Shown here piece by piece: positions 24,236 through 38,420 of a stretch of 64,000 nt of DNA. Every line of letters begins with the position of its first letter. Position 1 is the stretch's first letter. The notes under the pieces were generated by a model. The model worked only from the letters and a program-made list of their open reading frames with translations. It was not told where the DNA came from and did no database searches. The translations under genes and the position numbers were made by a program. The stretch lies in assembly GCF_009914755.1 (NCBI RefSeq), contig NC_060944.1; one strand, 5' to 3'. The stretch comes from the human T2T-CHM13v2.0 reference genome, Homo sapiens.

Positions 24236-26406
24236 CCTACGGGATGCTCTTCTTATGTTAACCTCTCTTAGTTCCGTGTAGAGCAGGGATGTTTATTGTC
24301 AGGCTAACATGAGCAGAAGACTTGAAAAGCACAAATCATTTGAATTTGTTGTTTTTGAGTGCTCATAGCATGAGGAATCAAGAGATAATTTTTCTTGTGG
24401 TTTTGTAAATGTGTAAGGCTAAATTTGTTTCTGGAGTCCCTTCTGGTTTTGGTGAGTGCTTCCTGTGGAGACTTTCCATTTCTGCTGCTGTGATTTGGAG
24501 TGAACTTCTAGAGATGAAGGTTTTAAAAATGTCTTTGATGTCTCTTATGTAGAACCACATATTTCACAGATGAAATTTATTGCAGGATGACCAAAATAAT
24601 GATCAAATGCAGAACAGCTAGAAACTTGTGTAGCAGTTGTGAAACATCCTGGATAATTAGAAAACTTTTAATTAAATCATCAGTGTTTGGTGATAAAAAG
24701 GTAAATATTTTTAAAAAGACTCTCATTGTTATGAAAGTGTACCTCAAACTTTAATTATTATGGCCTAGGTTGGGATTTTAGATAGTAAGCCAGTCTGTTT
24801 TTTTTTTTTTTTTTCTTCTTCTAGTTGGGGAAGGTAGTTGGTGGTGGTAAAATGGTCTGGGAAGCTACTCAAGCACTCTGCTTTAAAATCATCCCTAGAC
24901 AGTTTTTGATCTCTGGTATAACACCAAGGGTTAGAGGGATAAAGGAAGACAATTCTTTTACATCTGTCTTGAGGAAAAAGCAAATGTGGGAAGATGTAAT
25001 TTTGCTTTATTTCCCAAGGGAAATGCCAACAATTTTTATTGTTTTCTAAACACCTAGGAGTGGTAATTTCCCCCACCCTCTTTGGCAGAGTCTACACAGG
25101 AACTGCAAATTTAACTGTTTTCAGGGGCTAGGCCAGTAAAATAACTGAGTGAAAAGGCTGGAACAAGACTAACAAATGGTGGAGACTATACTCAGATGGA
25201 AAATTTGTATTCCACCCTAACAGCATAGACTTTATGCATTTCCCATTTTTTTCTAATGATGTAGAAAATCTCTTATATTTTTAAATGTTTAAACTGAGTT
25301 TATGAAGAACAATGCACAGGCCCAACAAAACATACCTGTAGATTAGATTTGTTTCAGAGAAAGATGACCATAATTAGAAGATCCCTGGTCTCAGTTACAG
25401 ATCTAGTTTTTGGTCTAGAGATTCAATACCTTGTCCCACAATATGAAAATCCTGACATTGTTTACTCAGATAATGATGAAATGTTTTGCAGTTTGAAGAA
25501 TTGTGATCAATACATTTATGTTCATCACATCCCATAAAGATAAGAGATCTTCCAGAGTCTGAAAGAGATTCTCTGTTTAAAATATATTAATGAAAATTAA
25601 TTAAATATTGAAAAAAGGTACTCAAAAATTTCAGGAAAAATTATGTGTCCTCAGAAATAATTTTTTAAATCATAAATATATTATATTTTCTGACCTTCTT
25701 ATCTATGAACACTTAGGTAGTTCCAAAAAGTTCAAAGAAAAAAAGGTAACTGAATATGAGATATACATAAGTTGAACCAAATTGTTTTTTGTGTAGCATT
25801 ATACAGGACACTTAAAAATATTTTGTTATTAGCTATTTTCTCCTTAGCATCTTCAAGGTTGTGAGTATAGTTTTGCTATCTAGAGATGAGTTAAGTTTGA
25901 TCGGCTTCTTTTTGAAATATTGAACTTTTCCTGGCTTCTATGCATGGCGCCTGTGGTCTTTTAGGCTGTTTCTCTTTCCTAAACAAGAACATCCCTAAGA
26001 AAGTTCCTAAAATCTGTTCCTTTGCATACACTTCCTTCTTCACAAAACACACTCTTTTTCCCATAGTTTTGACTAGAACCATATGAGGCCAATTATCAGA
26101 ATGCGTGCTTTATCCTTAATCTTACAGCAATGCCTTGCCCTTTTCCCCATTCCCACAGCCTTACCCCCAGTGGAGAACAGCCATCACCTTGCCTTTGGTT
26201 GTTTTCCACTGTGGCATACCTCACAGAATACCACGAACTCTTCATAGTTTCAATTATCAGGCATTACTCTTAGCCATCAGCTAATGTAAATTAACATGTC
26301 AAATGCTTTTTTTTTGTTGTTTATCCCTCCTTCTGTTAAAGTCTTTAATTATTTCCCAAGGACAAATACTTAGTATTTATTTTAATGGTTTAAAATACAT
26401 CTGGAT

Positions 26407-26868
<462 letters not shown>

Positions 26869-27389
26869 TTAATTTTGTATGTTGATGACAGAAAGTAAAT
26901 AGCTCTGCTGGTCACACATTTCCATAGGTTATTAGGTACCTCACATATGCTAATTCCATGTACTTTTCCATGTCCAGGAATCTATTGTCTCCATCACTGC
27001 CTTATAATAGTGGAAATATGCCTATAGTTTGTTTAACTTTCAGACTCTTCCCCACTTTAATCCAATCTTCAACAGATGTATTAGCTATAGTGTAATTGGT
27101 GCATCGTGTATCAACTCAAAAAAACTTTCATTGATTCCTTATTTCCTATGGTTAAAGAAATCTAGAAGCTGAGGTTCTTCATAAGCTCATCTGAATGACT
27201 TTGGAAATGTTATCTTCCACAAGATAAGACAAATGTTATTTCCAACTTCTCTAAACACATGGTGAATCTAGTTAACCTGACCCCTTTCTTGTCTAGAGAA
27301 TTTACATGGGCATTCTCATTACTTCTCTTCTCCCAGGGTGCTGTTCTCACCCGGGAGCTTCATGCTCTACTTCTTTTCCTTATATATAA

Positions 27390-28865
27390 ATGTGTGTGAT
27401 TGTGGATGGATAAGATATCTGATCTGTTTGCAAGTTGCAGACATGATGTCTCATTCCTAAATATTTCACTGAGTAAAAGGACTTTCTTTTACATAACCAT
27501 AGTATTATGCAATAATGAAAATAATAATCTTAAGACTGATGAACTTTTACAGCTATGCTACAGACTTTATTGCAATTTCCCCAATTGTCCCACTCATTTC
27601 CCTTATAACAAAAGAATACGAAATCTTGTCCAGGATCCAATCCAGGTCGCTTGATGCATTTAGTTGCCATATTGCTTATGTCTTGTTTTATCTGGAAAGA
27701 TTCCTCAGTTTTTCTTGCCTTGCACATCTTGACATTTTTAGAGAGTACATGCCAGTCATTTTGTAGAATGTCATTCAGTTTGGATTAGTCTGTGCTACCT
27801 CATGATTATATTCAAGTAATACATCTGTTTTTTGGCAAGCACATCACAGAAGTGATGTTAAGTCCTTCTTAGGGTGTCATATCAGGAGACATTTGATTTC
27901 CATTTGTCCCATTAGTGGTGATATTAACTTTGGTCACTTGATGAGGGTTAGTGACTGCTGGGCTTCTCCATTGTAAAGGTACTATTTTCCTCTTTGTAGT
28001 TAAATATCTCATAGGAGATATGTTGAGAGTAGATAAATATCTCCCCTCACTTGTTTTTGAAATAATTTTAGACTTAACAGAAAAGTTGCAAAAGTCATAC
28101 CAAGTTTCAATATACCTTGTATCTAGCTTCCCCTACGTTAGCAATTCACAAAAACAAAATGGAATGATCAAAATGAGAAAATTAACATTGGTATAATACT
28201 TTTAACAAAACTACAGACCTTACTGGAATTTCATCGGTTTTCCCCCTAATACTTTCTTCTATTCCAGGATCCCACATTGCTTTTTTTAAGGTTGTATCTT
28301 CTTAGTCTCCTCCAACCTATGGTTGTTCTCACTGTCATTTCTTGTCTTTCATGATGATGAAACCTTTAATGAGTGCGGGTTATTTGTTGTGTAGACTTTC
28401 TCTCAATTAGGGTTTGTGTTCTGTATTCTTTTGATTAGATTGAGGTTATGCATTTGCGGCAGGAATGCCACAGAAGTGACAATGTGTTCTCAGTGTGTGA
28501 TATCGGGGGAACATCATGTTCATATAGCTTATTGCTGGTGATGTTAACCTTGCTCATTTTGCTGAGTAGTGTCTGCTGGGTTTCTCCACTATAAAGTTAC
28601 TATTTTCCCCTTTTGGAACTGATCAATATCCTAGGGGAGATACTTTGAGACTATGCAAATATATTATTTCTCCTGAAACTTTCGCCATCAATTATAGCAT
28701 CTATTGATGGATTTTACTTGCAACAGTTATTACTGTGGTCATTGCTTAATGGTGATTTTGCTTGATAATACTGTTTCTCAAAAATTTTTCTCTCATTTTT
28801 TTTAGCATCCATTGATGGTTCTTGATTATAACAATTATTACTATGGTAATTTTCAAATGGTGATT
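27390..28865 (-). mobile_element. Two nested or adjacent old L1MC-type 3' ends (second begins about 28055)
   Basis: L1MC 3' UTR motifs occur twice (cacagaagtga; ggtgat.ttaac; gg.ttctccac/ttgtaaag.tactattttcc; tagcatc.attgatgg). A second T-rich head tttgaaataattttagacttaacagaaaagttgc starts near 28055. Confidence 0.75.
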
Positions 28866-29334
28866 GACTAGATCTCCAATCTTGTCTCTTAATGATGAGC
28901 ATGAATTTTTTGGGAGCATAAACTAGAGTTGGTAAATTCCTATTGTCAGCTGTGAACCCATAGATTCTATTTTATGTAGTCCTAATGCTAGACTCTAATT
29001 ACTAGATGAAACCAGGACTGCTTTGGGAGAAACTATTAACTCAGAGGAATTATTAAGACAATTCTATGGGGCTACACCATATCTTTATAATTTAGTAGGT
29101 GGTTTTAACTTTAATTGGCTGCTAGATATAATAGTAGCAATCACTGACATTTGTTTGCACCCTATAATTTTGCAAAGCATTCCTTAAAACACTTTGAAAT
29201 ATATTAATTGTTGTGTCCACAGGCTAGGTTTGGTTTACTGCCACTTACAAATATCTTTGTATAGACAGACCTCTTTTCTGATCTATTTTCTAAATTTTTT
29301 TTTTTTTTTTTTTTGGTGGGAGAAGGATTGTTGG

Positions 29335-29757
29335 AGTAAGTAACACTAGCTTGCTATAACAAACACTACCAATACCCTAGTCTCAGTAGCTTAAAACAAT
29401 AAAAGTTTATTTTTTGTTCATGGAAAGTATGATGTGAATGTTCCCTACCAGGGAAGATTTTTGACATGGTCATTCAAAGACCCAGGCTTATTATATTGGG
29501 ACTCCCTCGCTCTTCGGACCTTGCTGGACTCTCCACATTTGGATGACAGAAGAGTAAAGAAGGAATTTGGAGAATTGCTTGGGAGATTCTTATGGCCAGA
29601 CTGAAAATGGCAAATAGTGCCTGTGCTTCTGTTCCATTGGCTAGACTCAGTCACATGGCTATTCTTCCTGCAAGGGAGGCTGGGAAATATAGTTTATCTA
29701 ATCTGTATGCCCAGGAGGTAGAGGAAATGGTTTTGTTGAAACATAGCAGTTTCTGTC
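29335..29757 (-). mobile_element. MaLR LTR (MLT1J/K-like); contains the donor of the AluY insert
   Basis: ctcagtagcttaaaacaataaaagtttatt...ccattggctagactcagtcacatggc...gcaagggaggctgggaaatatagt. Confidence 0.8.
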
Positions 29758-30545
29758 AGTTTTGATTTTAAAAGGTTATCATATGGCACATGAAGCCAAG
29801 TGCTTGGCTCAGAGGAGATTAATTAATGTGCTGTGTTGACTGCATCAGGTGTAGGGGGGACATCTGTGAGGCTAAGCCTCAGCCTAATTTATAGGAAGAA
29901 GGCTTCCTGACTTTAATTCTAGTTAGCTTTGCAATAACCTTTCTAATTCCCCAATAGCCCTTCTCCCTTTGATCAAACTATCTCTAAGAATTTTCTACTC
30001 TAATGAATGACTAAATCAAACTGTTCCTTTAATTAAGCGGAGTACCGACATCTTTGAGAAAAAGTCATTAGACACCTTTCGATCCCAAGCTTGTATAAAA
30101 TCTGGAAGAGCTGAGGAAATCAGAAGCATATCTAAGACCGACTTGCAGAACCAATATAAAGAATATATGAGGGCTTTTGGAAGAGAAGCCTCTCTCTTGC
30201 CCCATTTCTACCAGGACAAAACTCTAAAGTCAAAGCGCTTTGGATCCCACTATGTGATGGGTACAAAATGAAGTTTTAAAGTGATAATTTTTAAAGGCTT
30301 ATTGCAAAGAGGCATGAATTATTCCTCTTTAGCCAGAAGAGGAGTGCGCTCTCAATATGTGTCTTCTTCAAGTCTACCCCCACCATCCACATAACGAAGA
30401 TATACTGATCACCTGTATCACGTATTGAAAGATCCCCAAACCCTTGGCAGTTTGTGCAATGAACATTTTCACTGGTCATTAGTGATCCTCATTAAAGAAA
30501 CCTATTGAAGAGAGGGCGGAGGCATCCTGCCAGTCTGAAAGGGGT

Positions 30546-30585
30546 TATTAAAAAAATCCTTGTTATATTAAAAAAATCCTTGTTA
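30546..30585 (+). repeat. Perfect 20-bp tandem duplication
   Basis: TATTAAAAAAATCCTTGTTA x2. Confidence 0.95.
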
Positions 30586-31989
30586 CTCTCGATGCTTCAT
30601 TTTGAAGGCATGAGGTTCTCACTGGATATTGCATAAGATTGTACCATAAGAGCAGCTTAAGAAATTAATAAATCTAGCTCAGGATAGAGATTTTTTTAAT
30701 CAGAGAAGAGTCATTCCAAATTCTGTATTGTTGGTAAAATTAGCTGTCTGTGAATCAGAAGAATGTTAAGGTAATATGACAGGGGAAATACTTTCAGTGA
30801 AAATGATTCTCTATGGTTGATCCTGGCTGCAAAATTTTCTGCCAACAGAAATTGATGTCTGTGTTGGTGCTATTACCCTCACTTTGCTGCACTGCCACTC
30901 CCATGCTGTGGCCAGGCAGAGAAACACTTGAACACCATGTTCATGGACATCAATTTATCTTTCAAGACATCATGATATTATTGTGTTATTAAAAAGAAGA
31001 AAGTGGAGTCTACTCCCTTCTTGCTTAATCTACCTCCAGTCCTGTAACTGGTGTGAAACCTGAGTTTTACAGTTGGAGGGCAACTGCCACATGACCTCCC
31101 CTCTTCTACGGAGTCATGCCATCAAACTGCCATTTCTCTTTATTATTATTTATTGTTCCTTGAACTCAGCAAGCAAAAGTGGCTCATATAATAACTCTGG
31201 CAGTGCCAAAACAAACAGACACAGTACTGCCCTGAGCTGCTTGAGGTTTAGAGACACAAATGATATTGTACAAAAGAGAAATGTAGAACAACTGCAGAAT
31301 GGAGGAGGTGTATTTCCCCTGTGTCCCCTTTCTCTTGCTATTTACTCCACACTCTTTGACTCAATGAAGGAAACGTACGTGAAATATATACCTTCATGTC
31401 TGAATAATTTTAAAACGTTGAGAAGATTTAGACATTTCAATAATTCTCACAAAAATGTTTAAACAATTCTACAGATTTAGAATTTTAGTTCTTGCCAGAA
31501 AACTAATTCAACTTAATTTTGGGGATGGTTCTTGAAAAAAACACTATTAAATACTATTGTTAAATACTATTAAATACTATTTTTAAATACTATTAAGTAT
31601 GGGAAGGAAATGCAGAAGGAATGAGCAGGGCATTTGGGGAGAACTGAAATCACTTAATATTTCACCAGAACACTCCTTTTTAACATGTTATTAAACATTT
31701 TAACTTGAAATCCTATATTTTATTATGTGTAAACCTTGGGTTGGAAACATCCCCTGGAATTAGTTGAAAAGGTAAAAAAAATTTATGCATAGAAGGAGTT
31801 ACGTCTTGCTAGAGACTCAAATGATTATCAAATTAGTAAATAAATGAATAAATTAATTACTACTTGATTTCTTTGCCATTAAATCTCTTTTCCTGTCTTT
31901 CCTCCTGTATTCCTCCCTTCAAAAATAATTGTCAGTTACTATAGCTTCTTCTCCCACCCAGTTAAAAAATATTTTGTTAACCTTTGCCC

Positions 31990-32560
31990 ATTTGGTGGTC
32001 TGGACATTTGCTGTTGTTTTCTGTCCAGAATCTCTTCTCTCTTCTGTTAAAAGTATTAATGTTTCTTGAAGACCTTTCTTCCTTCACAATCAGGTCATGT
32101 GATTTGATTAGAGCTGACCTGCCCCCATGTTTCAGGTGGTTATGTCATGACCCAGGCTCAATAGATGAACATGTGACCCACGCTCACTAGATGAACATGT
32201 GACCCACATCTGTCCAATTACAGTGAATCTCAGTACTTTTGCTGGTGGTGTAGGAAGTATGGAAGGAAGTCAAGGATGAAGGTGGTATAGGTGGTCTTGT
32301 CTGTCCACCGGCATTGCTAAGAGGAGAAGAAATTGGTCTGGGGCTGTAGTGCACTATCTTGTCACCTCGAGTTGTGGTGGTGAGGTCCTTTTTGAAAGGA
32401 GTCCACCAAGAAAGTCCATGATTTCAAGATGTTCTGAAGACATCATCTGAGTTTCTAGATGTACCGGTTCCTGAAACAAGATATTGGCTATTGAGACAAT
32501 AAAATCCCCCCGGCCCCACTTTTTTTAATGCCTGTTGAATTGGGTTTGCTGTCAATTTGC
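31990..32560 (+). mobile_element. Old MaLR/ERVL LTR (MLT1K/L-like)
   Basis: catgtgaccca...ccaat; 3' part aataaaatccccc...ttgaattgggtttgctgtcaatttgc. Confidence 0.5.
32156..32207 (+). repeat. 26-bp tandem duplication (1 mismatch)
   Basis: GCTCA(A/C)TAGATGAACATGTGACCCAC x2. Confidence 0.92.
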
Positions 32561-33244
32561 CAGAAGGGTTTAGACAAATGCATCTCCCCCAAACACACAC
32601 CCACATCTGTGTTTTAGAGAAGAGCATAAATCAGAAACAGCAGTGTTTTCTAGTACATCTTTCTTTGTTCTTACTATCAACTACTAATTTTCTTGGTGTC
32701 TTCCTTGGTATTTTCATGTAAAGTAAATGCTGCATGAATTACTCAATGAATTATTATTTTTTTCTGTGAATAGAACATGCCAGTTATACTTTAGGTTATT
32801 AATTTGTAATTGTTAGAGCCAGGGGTTAAATTGTGCAACAGTCAAGTCCCTCCCTCATTACCATGCTTTGGCTGAATCCTGTCTCCAGAGAGAGGAAATG
32901 TTTCTGTTACTCTCCCTCTTCCTGAGGAAGCATGTCTCCAGCCTTGCAAAGTCATCAAGACTGAAAAAATCACCACCAGGCTGTGATAACAGGACAGATC
33001 CCTCCCATGCTGCAAATTATGCTGTCTCCCCACTGAAGCCACTCGCCTCTGTAGTGTCCTCATCACTGAGTGATTGGCTTTTCCTGAAACAAACACACAC
33101 AGCATGTGCTATACATGTAGACAATCAGGAAAACTTCAGAAAAAAAGGAAAGAGAAAAGGAAGGTGTGTTTTATGTTCTACTAGTAATAACATGATAGCT
33201 TTTATTACTTCTAACTTTATTTCTTCTTGGTTTGACTCACTTTC

Positions 33245-33475
33245 AGGAGGTGATGTGGTGTGCAGGCCCTGTGGTTTTATCTTGAATCCTGGCTCTTCGG
33301 TTTAGCAAGGATACTATCTGGGCAAATAACTAATTTCTATGCTGTATTCCCCTATTTGCTAAAAAGTATTAATACATACCTCATGGTGATGTCAGAGTTA
33401 AATGAGATAATATACCTACAGCACTTAAGACAGTGTCTTGAACATGGCAAGTACTCGATTAAGGTCAGCTGATGT
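33245..33475 (+). mobile_element. MIR SINE
   Basis: ttgaatcctggctct...tgggcaaataactaa...ttaaatgagataatatac...agcacttaagacagtgtc. Confidence 0.75.
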
Positions 33476-33789
33476 TTAGTAGCTGGACAGTTTCTCTCTT
33501 TCCTCCTCACACCACTCTTCCTTCTCCCAACCCAGGTTAGACTTATCCCTTTCTTTGCTAACTATAACAGGTAGCTCCCCACAGAGTATAATTTGAGAAG
33601 CCTCAGAAAGATGTCTCTTGTACTAAAATATTTATCCTTTAGTCCCTGTTGAAATTTTCCTTTCAACCACATTCTGGAATTAACATTGAAGTTCCCTAGT
33701 AAAATGCAAAAGCATCAGTCATTATACACTTTGAATTTATCAATTGATTCCTAGACATCAGATTCTGGGGATATGAGGCACAGGAAGAA

Positions 33790-34480
33790 TCAGTCAGAGA
33801 AGACAGGCTAAAACTCAGGGGTGTGTTTTGTCTCTGATTTCAGAGCTTTAGGAGAGATGAGAATGGGATGCTAAGAGAAGGAGATAACCTACCTGGCCAA
33901 CCACATTGCCAGATTCAACTGGTGAATAGTAGGTGATGGACGTTAGGATGAGAGTTCCATCACATCTTTGTGAAATGCTGTGGTGGGGAGTCCAAGATTG
34001 ATGCCCAAGTTGGCTGAAATAAAGCTCCTCTAGGTATCAGTTAGGAGTCATTCAGGAGAACAGAAACTGATCTAATCTGAAACCAGAAAAATTTAAAACA
34101 GAGTTGGACACATAGTTGCTGGAACATCTGCGACGCCAAATAGAAGCTGCTAAAGAAATACAAAGATTTGCAAAAGCAGGATGCCATTATCTTTCCTGAG
34201 GTTAGATGCATAAAGAAGGAGGTAGTGTCTCTGAGGCTGGAAGCTAAGCCCACCTAGCAAAAGCAGGAGCCTTAGCTGCCTCTCTGACAAGAACCAGAGC
34301 CATGGAGAAGGCACAGTTGCTACCTGAGACATTGCCTATGACAGAGAAGGATGGGGGAAATGCCCTGTACTCTCCTTTCTTTCTGCTCTTTAACCTCCTG
34401 CCAGCATCTCTCATTGGGTGAATGTGGGTGGAAGTCAGCTGGTACAGAAGCCTGGAAAACAGAGGCTGCAGGACCCACCT
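33790..34480 (-). mobile_element. Ancient ERV LTR (LTR33/LTR78-like), boundaries uncertain
   Basis: ctcctgccagcatctctcattgggtgaa...ggaagtcagctgg...agcctggaaaa motif typical of old ERV LTRs. Confidence 0.4.
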
Positions 34481-34628
34481 CCATGGTAGGCGGCGCAGTT
34501 TAGGAGATGGGACTAAGAATGACGTGAGAACAATGAAGCGATGGTCACAGTGCTGAGAAGGTGAAGGAAAACTATTATGGTCAACTAAGTAGGCGACATT
34601 GAAGAATTTGAGGTGTCAAAGGTCCTCT

Positions 34629-34656
34629 TTACGTTTGCCATATTACGTTTGCCATA
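34629..34656 (+). repeat. 14-bp tandem duplication
   Basis: TTACGTTTGCCATA x2. Confidence 0.9.
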
Positions 34657-35329
34657 CATGTTGAGGATTTTGGCTTAGTTTTTAGTCTGGACCTAGATGT
34701 AGACTATTATACACCTCACTTCCTTAGTTTTTCTCAATGGTAGTCATGGAGTCTGCATTAGAAACAGTTGTACTGGTAGTTCAACATGCTAATTCCTGGG
34801 CCTCACATCAGGTCTTCTGAATACATTTTCCTTATTATGGGGTCCACTGGTTTGGTTATTTCTATGTTATTGAGATTTGTGTTTATAGTGGTTTTTTTTT
34901 CTATTTAAAATTGGGACAATCACTCTCCGAGCAAGCTTTGCTTGTTTTCTCTCTTTGATGATGGGTGATCCTGTTCTTATGAAGTTCTAGTCTATTGGCC
35001 TGTTTAATATCCGCCCAAAGGTTCTGCCCAGGACTTAGACTGCTGATGAGAAATGTCTCTTTTCCAAAGATTGATGGTTTAACTCAAGAGAAGGGCAACA
35101 CATTCTCAAGCATTTTAACAGATCTCCCATCCCAGGAACAGAGTTGCACAATTGAAAAAGTTAGAAATAGAAACCAGAGGAATTCCTTGGTGCAAGAGGT
35201 CAGTGAGATAGACTTCCCAGCTGGACTGCATAGCATGCTGCTCATGGCCTTGGGAAGCCATTTCGGGCATTTGAAGCCAATTGCTTTGCATTTCCTTCAA
35301 TGCTGTTGTAAACGATTTTATTTTTATAG

Positions 35330-35500
35330 CTATAACTGGTGGTGTAATGAGCATAGGCCTGAGTCATAGATGCTTGGATTTAGTATTCCTTTGGTGCATA
35401 AGGTAAGGTCTGTGTCCTCTCCGACCCTGTTTCTCATCCTTAAAATGAGCATAGTTGCTTTGCTTCCCTTGCAGAGTAGTTGGAAAAATCACCTATATTA
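35330..35500 (+). mobile_element. MIR fragment
   Basis: gagtcatagatgcttggatttag...ctgtttctcatccttaaaatgag. Confidence 0.55.
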
Positions 35501-36269
35501 ATTGAATGATTTCTTTATTGAGTTCACCCATGTACTAGGTCTCATATTAGAAATATAAAGACAGCATTCTTGTCTTTGACATGATTGCAGCTTCTTAAAG
35601 ATAATTTGTATTTGAAAGCAGCCTACACTTTGCAATGCTCTGTTGAGTTGAAAATTATTATTTAAAATACTGTAATAAAGTCAGATGGGCTTTTCCTAAT
35701 GGCTACACTTGCAGTTGAGGTGGGTAGATATTAGTTTTCTGCTTAGGGGATCTAAGGGACGATGTCAACATTTTTAACCCGAGGACCTCCAGAAGGCAGT
35801 CAACTATGCTAAGCTTGCTATTGGCAGGCAAAAGTCCTCACTAAGGAGAGGAAAAAGAAAGAGTAAGAGGAAGAGGATTAAAAGATGTGAAAATAAAAAA
35901 GACTGGGATGAAATGTAATGACAAGTAGTGTATAGCTACCAATGTCCACTGAAGTTACTATTTAAGGCACCTCCTGCCAAATAATTTCGTCCCTCTGAAG
36001 CATTTTATGAAGTGTTTACAACTAGAAATTATAAAAATGTGAGCAAAAATCTGTTTTTAAAACACCTCCCAAACTTGCCTTTACTGTTTTGGAACTTGTT
36101 TCTTCTTACTCATAAATTATTGCTTACATGTGTTATTTTTGTTTTGTTGTGTTTTTCTTCTGATGGAATGATAAGCTCTCTTTTATTTTTTCAACTTGGG
36201 ATGACATGTTGTACTATTCATTAAGCACTTCTAATATTTTACCTGATGCTTTATTTATTTTGTCACAGT

Positions 36270-36435
36270 TATTTTCAAGCTTTAACTGCATCAGAATTAC
36301 CTGGGCAGCTTGTTAAAACACATATGACTGAGCCCCACCTCCAGAGCTTCTGATTCTGTTTCTAGTCTGTGGGATGTGGTCTAATAACCTCCTATTTGAA
36401 CAAATGCTGATCCTGCTGGTTCAGGAGGAACCACT
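36270..36435. mobile_element. MER5A MITE
   Basis: tgcatcagaattacctgggcagcttgttaaaacac...gccccacctccagagcttctgattc. Confidence 0.8.
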
Positions 36436-36869
36436 TCTTTAACATTTCAATAATATTGTTGAATATTTCCTCCCTTGGGCCTCTATTTTCCTGTGTTGGG
36501 TTGTCTCTCTTCTTACAGAATATAGTTATTATAGAACATTTTAATAGAATCTAATATGGTAAATCCATGGGTTTTTGTGCATTTCTTATGCAGGAAGTTT
36601 ATATTCCAAAATATCTGTGGGACCCTTTCAATGAATGGTTCTCTTCTCATGTAGGCCATGGTCTAGGTAAACAGAGAGGAAATGCTTCCATATTCCCAAC
36701 TCCTGAGTTCTAAAATAGAAACATGATATTGTGGCTTGGACAGGTACACTAAATTTATCACATCAATATTGTAAAGAATCATCTCTGGTGCTCAAGAGTA
36801 ATCCCAACAGTGTAGATATGATTTCTGTTTTGGCTCATATGAGAAGCCCTGGCAAGAGGAGGAGAAGTG

Positions 36870-37030
36870 GATCGTTGGTTGCTGGCTTTGCACTGAGTTA
36901 TGCCACTTTTCAGCTGCATGACTTTTTGGCAAAATCTAGGATTTTGTTACCTCAATTGTGAAATGGGAAAAATGACCATTTGCCAGATACATGGAGTTGC
37001 TGGGAGGTTCAAGGCTGCTAAATATGTAAA
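36870..37030 (+). mobile_element. MIR fragment
   Basis: atgccacttttcagctgcatgactttttggcaa...cctcaattgtgaaatggg. Confidence 0.55.
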
Positions 37031-37486
37031 TTATGATGGATTCATTGGTTGCTTCTCATTAGGTCCAGGTTTGTCTTCTTTTCCTGCTATGTTGCTTTGG
37101 ACTGAGATGTTGCTGTCTCCATTTTGGATGTAGTGACAGATGCTGTGCAACATAGAATGGAAAATCTCCTTCCCTGGTGATCTTTACAAGATAAGGCATT
37201 ATCACGTCATAGGAAAAATCTCCCTTCATCCCTTGAAGCTGTATTAACGCTGTTGGTTTCATGAGTTTGTTTAACATGCATGATGGGTGAGCTGTCAAAA
37301 TCTCTATCAAGGGCAGAAGTCTCTTATTTTGGTACAGAAGCAGATTTGGGCAAAAGAAATATAATTACATTTTTTCTATTGCTTTGTAGGATCTTTGTCA
37401 GTAGCTAACTAGATGGACTTGAAGTTACCAAAGGAGAATTATAGCAGATTATACTGAATCAGATGCATTCTCATAGTAGCGAACAA

Positions 37487-38349
37487 TTTTTTTTCTTTTT
37501 TTTTATTACTATTATACTTTAAGTTTTAGGGTACATGTGCACAACGTGCAGGTTTGTTACATATGTATACATGTGCCATGTTGGTGTGCTGCACCCATTA
37601 ACTCATCATTTAGCATTAGGTATATCTCCTAATGCTATCCCTCCCCCCTCCCCCCACCCCAAAACAGTTCCCGGTGTCTGATGTTCCCCTTCCTGTGTCC
37701 ATATGTTCTCATTGTTCAATTTCCACTTATGAGTGAGAACATGTGGTGTTTGGTTTTCTTGTCCTTGTGATAGTTTGCTGAGAATGATGGTTTCCAGTTT
37801 CATCCATGTCCCTACAAAGGACATGAACTCATCCTTTTTTATGGCTGCATAGTATTCCGTGGTATATATATGCCACATTTTCTTAATCCAGTCTATCATT
37901 GTTGGACATTTAGGTTGGTTCCAAGTCTTTGTTTTTGTGAATAGTGCTGCAATAAACATACATGTGCATGTGTCTTTATAGCAGCATGATTTATAATCCT
38001 TTGGGTACATACCCAGTAATGGGATGGCTGGGTCAAATGGTATTTCTAGTTCTAGATCCCTGAGGAATCGCCACACTGACTTCCACAATGGTTGAACTAA
38101 TTTACAGTCCCACCAACAGTGTAAAAGTGTTCCTATTTCTCCACATCCTCTCCAGGACCTGTTGTTTCCTGACTTTTTAATGATCGCCATTCTAACTGGT
38201 GTGAGATGGTATCTCATTGTGGTTTTGATTTGCGTTTCTCTGATGGCCAGTGATGATGAGCATTTTTTCATGTGTTTTTTGGCTGCATAAATGTCTTCTT
38301 TTGAGAAGTGTCTGTTCATATCCTTCGCCCACTTTTTGATGGAGTTGTT
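37487..38349 (-). mobile_element. L1PA4-like, 5'-truncated (about 860 bp: ORF2 C-terminus and 3' UTR)
   Basis: ORF 37606-38319 ([11 protein letters not shown]...[14 protein letters not shown]) is L1 ORF2p; poly(T) head and attatactttaagttttagggtacatgtgcac; no TSD found. Confidence 0.96.
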
Positions 38350-38420
38350 AAAAACATAAAATTTGTATTAAAATGTAACTCAGAGAAAAGATACACATTA
38401 TATTTGTATTTAATACAAAT

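Noticed and set aside
27780-28865. Apparent 200-bp and 60-bp internal duplications
   Set aside because: Explained by two related L1MC 3' UTRs, one nested in or next to the other.
32868-33305. 145-aa ORF in unique sequence (likewise 31073-31462 and 34995-35369)
   Set aside because: No recognisable domain or exon structure, and two of them run into MIRs; lengths are compatible with chance.
37606-38319. 237-aa ORF, the longest in the window
   Set aside because: It is the L1 ORF2p C-terminus frameshifted into the 3' UTR, not a host gene.
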